Positions 53,764-64,000 of a stretch of 64,000 bases of DNA are shown piece after piece (within the stretch, counting starts at the first letter, position 1; each line of letters begins with the position of its first letter). Where the stretch lies: the NCBI RefSeq assembly GCF_006345805.1, contig NC_042997.1, positions 183,024,001 to 183,088,000 on the forward strand, given 5' to 3'. The stretch comes from Octopus sinensis (Eukaryota). A program made the translations under genes and the position numbers. Below the pieces are notes generated by a model that saw nothing but the letters and a program-made list of their open reading frames with translations, had not been told where the DNA came from and searched no databases.

Positions 53764-53995
53764 TATTTCTTTACTACCCACAAGGGGCTAAACACAGAGA
53801 AGACAAACAAGGACAGACAAACAGATTAAGTCGATTACACCGACCCCAGTGCTTAACTGGTACTTAATTTATCGACCCCGAAAGGATGAAAGGCAAAGTC
53901 GACCTCGGCGGAATTTGAACTCAGAACGTAACGGCAGACGAAATACGGCTACGTATTTCGCCCGGCATGCTAACGTTTCTACCAGCTCGCCGCCC
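53764..53995 (-). mobile_element. SINE family B, full length
   Basis: 17-bp TSD tacagaatgatcatacc at 53747-53763 and 53996-54012. Confidence 0.93.
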
Positions 53996-55464
53996 TACAG
54001 AATGATCATACCGTTTCATTAATACTCTTCAGATACTGATTTTGAATGAAACAATGATGATATAATGTGAATGAATGTGTTACAAAAGTAAACTGCAAGA
54101 AAACAGAAAGTAAAAGTAAAAGGGAAATGGAGTGTACTGTTATCGCAGATGTAATTCTAATCTCCGCCAAACAAATATATACATAACGGTTGCAGGGTAA
54201 ATTTAAAAAGAAACCTGTGATGTTGTTTATTCGAAATGATTTACGCTGTCATAGAACGCATCATACTCAGTCGAGCAAAAAAGAAAGCTGATATGTGACA
54301 AGAACAACAGAGATATTGAATAGCTTCTTCCCTAAATAAAATACTCTTATTGATGAAATGGGAACGACTGTAGCCGATTAGATCTAACACCAGTATTATA
54401 TATACTCTAAAAGGATGTAGTGTAAGGCATGAAATAAAAATAAATAAATAAACAAAAAGCAAAAAGAAAAAAACTTCTGGAAAACAAAACAAAATGAGCA
54501 AAAACCGTACAACATTATGTTAGACATGTTTTTCAAAGGAGTTGTAACACTTCCTTCAGGGAGTTATAGATAATCTGCGAGGATGGTTACTTCTATGTTT
54601 TACACTAAAAATTAATACAGACTAGCTGGACTCGTAAAAAATTCACGGAAAACATAGAAAATGTAAGCATCTGTAAACAGTGTACTGGTGCCATGAGAAA
54701 TGTTTGTATATTATAACCGTCTGACTTTCCTTTCTGAGTTCAAATTCTGCCTAAGTCGACTTTGCCTATTGTACTTTGGAGAACGATAAATTAAGTACCA
54801 GTTGTGTACTGGAGTTGATCTAATCAACTGACCCCTCCTCACAAAAATTTCAGGCCTAGAAAAGTATATTGTAACAGTTACAGAATATAGAAAGTAATGT
54901 AACACCAATGACTATATAATCCAATCAAAATATCTCAGTTACACAAACATAAACGAAATTACTATTTAACCTTAGAATACATCGTATATTCAAAGAACCT
55001 TCTTGGTTTAGTGGTACGGAACGTTCTTCTGGTATTCTTTTATTCTTTTAGTTGTTTCAGTCATTTGACGGTGGCTATACTAGAGCACCGCCCTTTAGTC
55101 GAAGAAATTGACCCCCGTAAGCCTGGTGCTTATTCTATCAGTCTCTTCTGCTGAACAGCTAAATTACAGAGATGCAAACGCACCAACATTGGTCTGAAGC
55201 AATGGTGGTGGTGGTGGTGGGACAAACACAGACACAAGCACAAACCTAGATTCTCTACTTGTACTTTCCTCTACTCTCCTACACTTCGGCTGCACCTCTC
55301 CTACCCATGGATTACATTGGACTCTTCCTTTAATGAGAAATCGCTCTAATACACCACGACGTCTGAACCTTTTGAACTTTTTTTCTAAACTTATTCTACT
55401 TTCTGCTTTTTCCTATTGTCGTTTCTCCCAACCCTTTTTAACTTGCCTCTCTATTTCTGTGATC

Positions 55465-55500
55465 CTTTCTGTGGAAGAGCGTAGGCTCGAAACGTAAAAA
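55465..55500 (+). ncRNA. Minimal hammerhead motif (variant core CTGTGGA)
   Basis: cttt-CTGTGGA-A-GAGC(gtag)GCTC-GAAACGTA-aaaa. Confidence 0.55.
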
Positions 55501-55962
55501 ACTTCTCAGTTCCCGAGCGTTAAACTAATACATCTGTTTGTTGTTTACACACCCATCTTCGTCTTTTATTTTTTTGTAAATTCTCTCTCTTTCTCTCTCT
55601 ATATATATATACACACACACCAGTACCTTCCACTGAACATTCTTCTACGCACATGTGTAGATAGACACACAACAGGAGCCACTCCTACTATCAATTCTTC
55701 CTATGACCTTAAACAATACTAAGCCCAACCACACCCATAGATAAACAACCACAACCACACACACACACACGCACAGAGACACACGTGCTATCATTCACAC
55801 ACACACACACATACCCACACATACCTCCTCTTGCACTCTCCTGTCTTTGAAAGAACTTTTTCTTCACCCATTCTCTTCCGGTCATTCAATATGTGACCGC
55901 GTGTGTATCGTTGGCGATTTTCTTTCTCCGTCTTCCCTTCCTTGGACCTTTCCTTTTTCTAT

Positions 55963-55998
55963 GTTTCTGACGAAGAGCTCCACTCGAAACGTTAAAAC
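55963..55998 (+). ncRNA. Minimal hammerhead motif (canonical CTGACGA)
   Basis: gttt-CTGACGA-A-GAG(ctcca)CTC-GAAACGTT-aaaac. Confidence 0.65.
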
Positions 55999-56088
55999 CT
56001 TCTTTCTTTCCTTCTTTTCTGAACACTATACTTGTTCCACGTCCTCGCGTTATTGTGTTTTCTCTTTGTGTTTTCATGTTTGGATTAA

Positions 56089-56149
<61 letters not shown>

Positions 56150-57059
56150 ATATATGATGAACTTGTAGGTAGTGGTGATGCTGGCTGGTATGATTTTGTA
56201 GTTTGCTAGTATACCGAGAGAGATCGACCGCACAATCATATACATACAAACATTTACCTAGATAGAGGGGCAGACAGTCAGACAATAAGTGTCAGATAGT
56301 CCACAACGAAGTTTTCACCTCTCTCTCTTCATATCTGTTGCTTTGCTACTGACTGGAATTGTTTTAGTTGCCTTCGGCGTGTAAGTATCTACTGTCTCTC
56401 TCACTCTCTCTTTCTTTTTCATTTCCTTTGTGTTTCTCTTCTCTCCCGCTTTTGATTTAACAATGTGTATGTGTATCTATGTATCTACTTCTCTTGCGAT
56501 GAGCGCCGTCACCACTCACTGTCTCTTTCACTCTCTCTCTTTCTCGCTCACTTTTTCTCTCTATCACTCTCTTTCTTTCTCTCTTACTTCCTCTCTGAAA
56601 CATTTACAAAGACAAAACGAACGCCGTCACCACTGTCTCTTTCTCTCTTACTTCCTCTCTGTCCTCCTCTCTCTCTCTCTCGCTTTGCTACTTCATTGAA
56701 GTGTGACAGACAATACAGGTACGTAAAAAAACAAAAGGTGAGCGCATTAACATTATTGATGAGAGGAGAGAAAAAAGAAAAACCTCCTGGTGGGTGGGAT
56801 GTTGATGATTTTACGAGATGAGGCATTCGAACACAAACGATTGAGAATCACTTTGACAAAAAGTTCGAATAAAGTGGAAGTTTTCCTGTTTCAACGACTT
56901 TCCTTTCACTCTTACACTGCTCCCATCTCAACCTCTCTTCATTAAAAAAAAAAAAAAGTACCAAAATTTTTGTGACTGCTTCGTCAGAAACACCTTTCCT
57001 TCTGCAATATATATCCTGAGACCTGTAAATTACTTATCTCCACACTTGAACATTCATAA

Positions 57060-59386
57060 CACTGGTCAACGAGTATTTTTCATCAAGCATATGTCAAGGT
57101 GTGCTTAGTGTAGTTTTTAATGCTGATTTCAAATATACAATTAGCTTGTTGACATCACGTACAGTTTTCAAGATGAGAAAATTGTTTTGGTTTTAGCTCA
57201 TGCATTATATAAAAATTCCAGTTAATGACGTGTATTAATGTATTTCATTTACATCAGGTAAACATACCTTCAAAATAAACTATACTATTCATTGCTGCAT
57301 AGTTCAGATGCAATATTCCATCATCTTAAATTAACCAACTAAGTTTTGTCTGATGAAATAGATATTTCAACATCTCAAATTGTCCAGTCATAATTGGTCT
57401 GATGAAATATTTCATCTCAAATTCAATATAAGACCGTTTGTATCTTTTTCTTTATTTGTTTTACAGTGTTAGAAATTGTCCTGCTGTGTTTTGTTATGTC
57501 TGTGGACAATTTATTGTGAAAGCTCAAAAATGTACAATAACACCAGATATCAAGAAGATTTATAAGCTATACTTTAACTGTACTCCTGGAGAACAGGACA
57601 AGTTATGGGTACCACATTTTATTTGCTCAGCTTGCTCAAATGACTTACGTGACTGGTTCAATAAGAATCCATGCCATTTGCCATTACAGTGATATAGAGG
57701 GAGCAGAAAGACCATTTTAATGACTGTTATTTTTGCAAAATAAATGTCACAGGATTTTCTTTGAAGAATAAACACAAAATTGTGTATCCAAATTTGGATT
57801 CTGCAGTGAGACATGTGACTCACAATGGAAGTCTGCCAATTCTAGTTCTACCAGATGATGGTATTGAAACATCAGATGATGATGCTGACTGTCACGATAG
57901 TGCTGCTGAGGAAGATTACGTGGCTAATGACAATAGCTTTGAACCTCAGAAATTTTCCCAAGCTGAACTGAATGACCTTGTCAGAGACCTATCCAGAACT
58001 GTTGGCATCAAGACTGAAGGAGTAGTATCTGCTAGAGCACGGTATTCATATAAATTATATTCGGCAGAGAAATGTAGTTCTACAAACATGTTTTTCAGTT
58101 GAAGGCCCACTTTACTTTTGCAGTAACAACGATGGACTCTTCGAATGTTTATCACGAAATCATAATCCTGTAGAGTGGCGTTTGTTTATTGACTCTTCAA
58201 AATGAAGTTTAAAGGCTGTACATCTCCATAATGATAATTTGAAGCCATCCTTTCCTATTGCACACTCCGTTCATCTTCATGAATCATATGAGAATATGGA
58301 ACTTTTGCTTCATGCCATTGCCTATGAAAGATACCTATAGAAAATATGTGGACATTTAAAAGTCACTGGAATGTTAATAGGAATGCAGTCAGGTTTCACA
58401 AAATACTGTTGTTTCTTGTGTCTATGGGATAGTCGGGCAACTGACAGACATTATTCGGAATCAGACTGGCAGACAAGAACATCATACCAGCCAGGATTGT
58501 CTAGCGTCAAGAATACACCTCTTGTAGATCCATGTAATGTCCTATTGCCACCTTTGCTCATAAAGCTTGGATTGATGAAATACTTTGTAAAGACACTAGG
58601 GAAGAGAAATGCCAGAGGGTTTGAGTATATTGTAGAAAAGTTTCCCAAAATCTACAGGCAAAGTTGAAAGAGGGTATCTTTGCTGGACCCCAAATTAGAG
58701 AAGTACTCAAAGATGTCAACATCAAGACAATACTGGATAAACTGGAACTGCCTGCCTGGAATATCAATTGGATCTGTGAAAATTTCTTGAGCAATAAGAA
58801 GGCAATGGACTACAAAGAGGGTATCAAGAATCTTCTGAAATGTTACTTAGCAATGGTTTGTCGCATGTCACCGAAAGTTCACTTCTTGGACTCCCATCTG
58901 GATTTCTTCGCAGATAACCTTGGAGCAGTGTCTGATGTACTGTACATGGTGAAATATTTCGCCAAGACATTAGTGCTATGGAGAAATGGTACCTAGACTT
59001 TTGGAATGATAGTATGCTGGCTGACTACTGCTGAACACTTTACCGTGTTCAACCAGGAAGTACAAATTACGATGTTTCTAACTCTGTTGTTCTAACTTTG
59101 TCTGTTTTGTCTGTCTCAATTTTTTGTGTATTCACTCTTTGTAGAATGATAGTGATGACTTTTAACTCAATAAACTCATTTATTTCTAAAAATAATATGT
59201 CCTTATTTATTACGTTAATGATTTCATATATACAAATATGTAAATATTTGCATGTATCTACTGAATAAATGATACGTGCTGCATACATATGGAGTGAAAT
59301 TTTGAAATCAGCTTTGAAAACTAGTCTAAAAAAAAGTTGGTTTGCATTCATAATGAGTACAATACATTTAATTTTATAGACCAGCG
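57060..59386 (+). mobile_element. Full-length Chapaev3-like DNA transposon with dead transposase
   Basis: Termini cactggtc / gaccagcg, TSD taa on both sides, subterminal IR (gctgatttcaaa / tttgaaatcagc); FCYVCG, DKLWVPH, DCYFC, WRLFIDSS, GFTKYCCFLCLWDSR, IKLGLMK, EGIFAGPQIR, HFLDSHLDFF, MLADYC motifs broken by stops and frameshifts. Confidence 0.85.
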
Positions 59387-59399
59387 TAATTAGCCCCGA

Positions 59400-60200
59400 A
59401 CTCAATTCCAAGTCACTGACCACTTTAACTGCCCCTCTCCAACATAATGTCCTGTCACTTGTGCGTTCTTTTATCATTTGGGGGAGGCTCAATATCCTGA
59501 AGTCAACATTCACCACTACTGCCCATGTCTTCCCCAGTTTTCCTCTTCCAATTTTACCTTCGGTATAGATCTGTTTCCTTCTAAACTTCTTTACCCAACT
59601 CTCATCATTTATACAACGCGGTCGTCAACATTCACCACTACTGCCCATGTCTTCCTCAGTTTTCCTCTTCCAATTTTACCTTCGGTATAGATCTGTTTTT
59701 TTCTAAACTTCTTTACCCAACTCTCATCATTTATACAACACGGTCGTCTGTTTTGCACACATTTGATTCCTCTTATACATAGTTTTCCTCTCATCTCAGT
59801 ACTATGTCGCTTATGTATCTTAACATTAGACCCTACCAGAATATACTTGATTCACTTCTTTCTCGCCTTAACACAATCTCTGCATCCAGTGTTCATGTTC
59901 CACAACCATGTGGCATTGTAGTTCGCACATAGGCATCGTACAATCTGACTTTCACTCAAAGAGTGATTCTCATTGTGGCAGAGTTAATAGCTCCTCGAAT
60001 TATTTGCATTCCATTCTTATTCTGGGTACTATGCTTTCAGATCACCCTTTCTACTGCTGATAAGGTCACTTAGACAGCAGAAAGCTATCAGCTACTTCTA
60101 CAGAGCCTTCCGAAGAATTAATTGTATGTCTGCTATGACTACGAACTACTCCTGTGCATCTCTTACAAAGTTTTTATTCACTGTCAGCTTGCCTTTGATT
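59400..60200 (-). mobile_element. RTE-clade LINE 3' fragment with ~122-bp internal tandem duplication
   Basis: FCCLSDLIS, VKVRLYDAYVRT, GRGKLRKTW; duplicate starts gtcaacattcaccactact at about 59502 and 59624. Confidence 0.7.
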
Positions 60201-60734
60201 CTCGAATTTCTACGTTCTTTTTTTCTATATATCTGGTGGCGGAGTCGGTGTTCATAATATAAATTTTCTTTGATAAAATCACGAAGAGATAAATTTTATT
60301 TTTTAATTCATTAAGTGTCATAATGTTGTATTACTCTGATAGACATAGACATTTGAAATCGTTGGTATACACTATCACAGATTCGATAGTTGACCACTCA
60401 GTGCTGTAATTGAAAATACAATTGTCCTTCAAATTCCAGATGCATTTGGTAAGTTTTTTTTTGTGTGCCTATTTCGGCTTTATATCTGAACGAATAGATA
60501 TGTTCATTATACCTGAATTTGAAAGTAATCACCGTAAGGCGTATGTAATTTTGTTTTTATTGTTATTAGTCGAGATTTTAGCTTAGTATATAACATTTTT
60601 GACGGTTCTGCATTTAGAAAACAGATTTTGCTACCGAGGTAATTGCATTTATAAAGTTGAACCTTGTGTGTTTTGTCAGTGTTAATTTTTTTCAATTAAT
60701 TCTAACAAAAGGAGAAATTATCGGTGCAATTCTC

Positions 60735-61122
60735 TTTCTCTTTTACTTGTGTCAGTCATTTGACTGCGGCCATGCTGGAGCACCGCCTTTAGTCGAGCAA
60801 ATCGACCCCAGGACTTATTCTTTGTAAGCCTATTACTTATTCTATCGGTCTCTTTTTGCCAAACCGCTAAGTGACGGGGACGTAAACACACCAGCATCGG
60901 TTGTCAAGCAATGCTAGGGGGGACAAACACAGACACACAAACACACACACGTACATATATATATATATACGACAGGCTTCTTTCAGTTTCCGTCTACCAA
61001 ATCCATTCACAAGGCTTTGGTCGGCCCGAGGCTATAGCAGAAGACACTTGCCCAAGATGCCACGCAGTGGGACTGAACCCGGAACCATGTGGCTGGTTAG
61101 CAAGCTACTTACCACACAGCCG
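60735..61122 (-). mobile_element. SINE family A
   Basis: Reverse complement of the 27903 copy. Confidence 0.92.
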
Positions 61123-61282
61123 TTTTTATTAACGACATTTCTATTAAAAAATTTCATGAAACTTGTGGTTAGAAGGAAAATATTCGCTAATTAAATTTAG
61201 AAAAGCATGGGCAATATTAGGGCAGACATTCAAAATTAATACTAGATTATACCATATAATCTTTTTTCTTGTATTATTAGAA

Positions 61283-61319
<37 letters not shown>

Positions 61320-63656
61320 TACGCGCGCAAATCACACCATCTATATAAAAAGCTGAGATAAATTTAAAGTGTCTAAACTACACCGTATAAGGTTTTCGTT
61401 GCTAGGGCTTTAAACAGAGGCGAATATTCCTTATTTTTCTCTTCGTACGCAGAAAAATAACAGAAATTGTCTTGATATGTGGCATGAATAGTTGCCTATT
61501 TATCAGAGGAAGAACAAATCCATTACAGTTAAACCCCACAAAACACAAACTAGACCTCGGCTGTAACGGTTAGACTAATTTCTGTGCCGTACATTTTTCA
61601 GCAGCGAGATCAAATATTAAATAATTAGACCCAATAGCGTCTTATGGGAAACCTAAATTAGATTTATTGTAGTTAATCAGCAACTTTTAAGCTTTTTGCT
61701 ATGGAACTTTAAGCAGATGTGAATGTTTTTTTATGCTCTATGTACAAAGAAGAATAAAAGACATTGTCCTCACATATTCCATGGTTCGTTGTCTATCACT
61801 TGAGGACAAGTTTTCCCTCCTTTCTCTGTCCATGAAAAGAACTTAGAGAAAATCTTTATTTAAATCATACATAAAGTATAACTTAGCTGACTTAGCAAGA
61901 CTAATTTGCTTATCGCTTGTTTGTCGGTGGCATGGTTAAATTACTCTGTATATGTGAGTGTTTATGTATGTGTGTGTGTGTATGTGAGTGAAGGCGCGAA
62001 GCCTATAAAGTGATTGATTATGAAAAAACAATAGGTAGCATTCATTCGCAAGCGAGTGTAACTTTGTAGTAATTACCATACTTTCGGTAATTATTTTAGG
62101 TACTTATGTAGACGTGAACAAATATAGACACCTCGGCTCTCCTATCTTCGACTATCAAAGGCAGTTGATCGTCAGTTCAGGCAGAGAACAGCACACTGGT
62201 CTTATGAAATAAACTGTGAAAAACCAGTTGAGCAGCTGACTCCAAATGAGTCATCTTCTGAAGCAGAAAAAACGATTACGAAAAGTAATCGGATGATTAA
62301 CAAATCACACACACACACACACACGCCTGTCTGAATGTATAAATGTATGTCTTGAGTTATAATATTTTGCATTTTGGTTTCATTCCTTTGATGATATTCC
62401 TTAATAATTAGTTCTATTTAACTAAGATTTTTATTAACAATGTATCTCGAAGATTTAGGCTAAAAAAAAAAATCTTGGGCGGAAAAAAAGACAGATTTAG
62501 TTTCGATCCGAAAATAGAATGTATTTATATGTATTATAGTACTCTTCGACAAATTGCCCTGAACAATTATAACACATTTATAGATGTTATAACTTCAGCT
62601 ATTTTTCTATTTTAGGGAATACATTTCCACTTTGGAAGATAAAAAGTTTAGTAAGCAACTTTTAAAATATTTATTCTCTAAGCAATTCTATTTTTCTACG
62701 CCAACCAAAATACAACCTTGCGCATTTACTTGGTGATTCTTCTATCATTATCATATTTTGAGGTTATAATAAGACAGGAACATGCTCAGAGTTGTTTCTT
62801 GTACTAGCTGAAATAATCTAAATAATAGTAGTCATTGAACAATATTACATAGTCTTAAAATTTTTTTTTTACCGCACAATTACTTCTAGTTAGCTTTTTA
62901 ATACTGCATGCACGAAACACTTTAGCTCTAATTTAACTACTACTTTTCATGCAGAGAGGGTCTCTGAGTAATTTCTTCTCTGAATAATTTTATCATTAAA
63001 GCTTCATTGTTTACACCGTATGACGTTTTGCTTAATATATATATTCTGTTCTGTTGCTGCTACTATTACAACGGTTGCATATATAGTGTATAAAGATGCT
63101 GCCTGCTGCTTGCTATTCTAATCCTTCAACATGCCAATCCTAATAATGTTTTTATTATCGCCGTCGTCGAGGAATACTCATTATGAAATTAACGTTCGAT
63201 GGATTATGCACACCAGCTGTCATGAGCATTCCGAATAAGAACAAAAAGGACTGGATGCTGGTTTGAGGCTGAATATTGGAACGGCTTCCCGTTGTTTCCT
63301 CTGCACTTCTTAGCCGTATCACTTTTTCACAAGTTCATCACGTCAGCAAAATTAAGCGTTTTGACCATCAAAACAACTGGGCAACAATGATGGAATACAA
63401 ATCATTGATTAATTACCGTTGCATTAACAATGCTTCTTTTTTCAATGCTACACTATATTACAAAATATATCTATAGATTTTAGACACACACACACATTCT
63501 TTTACTTGTTTCGGTTATTTGACTGTGGCTATGCTTGGAGCACAACCCTTCGTCGTTATACACGATATCTTCGTGGATAGAAAGAAATTAACCGGACTCG
63601 TTTCTGGAGCTGTCGACGGAGCCACTGATTATAAATTCGTTATTACAAAGAGCTTA

Positions 63657-63860
63657 AAGGGTGGCGGAATGGTAGAATCGTTAGAGTAACGAGAGAAATG
63701 CTTTGCAGTGTTTGTGCCGGCTCTCCACCGAGATCAGATTTATCTTTCATCCCTCCGGGGTCGATAAAAATAAAGTACCAGTCAAGTATTGAGGTCGATA
63801 GTATCGGCTTACTCCCACTCCTCAAAATTACTGACCTTGCACCAAAATTAGAAACAATTA
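63657..63860 (+). mobile_element. Decayed SINE family B
   Basis: tggtagaatcgttag head and tttcatccctccggggtcgataaa core. Confidence 0.75.
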
Positions 63861-64000
63861 TGACTTCGGAATGACCAATTTGTACATATAATGCATTCTT
63901 GATAGCTAGGGTAGTTCTATTAATAAATTACTAGTTCGTTAATAGTATTTTGCTTCAATGCTGTGCAACACTTTAGAGTACATCTATAGATTTTAGTCAA

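Overview
AT-rich, microsatellite-dense eukaryotic DNA (intergenic or intronic). The SINE families and (CCCTAA)n suggest a cephalopod, probably Octopus (inference, not checked). No host protein-coding gene could be supported; most ORFs in the track are translated microsatellites. The window is a graveyard of mobile elements: three tRNA-derived SINE families, non-autonomous Helitrons, Tc1/mariner and Merlin-like MITEs, mariner and maT-like transposase fossils, a full-length Chapaev3-like transposon, Gypsy-type solo LTRs, RTE fragments, and many Penelope-like element (PLE) fragments. Main signals: (1) about 11 hammerhead-ribozyme motifs on PLE ends, one near-canonical and several with recurring variant cores, some in tandem pairs; (2) a 112-bp-arm hairpin enclosing a tRNA-like module, whose arm mismatches are strongly biased to G.U on one strand; (3) a TGA at a conserved Zn-knuckle Cys position of a Naiad-like PLE; (4) foldback MITEs carrying telomeric repeats; (5) a pseudoknot at the 5' end of an RTE-related element. 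All alignments and folds were done by eye; boundaries of decayed elements are approximate.
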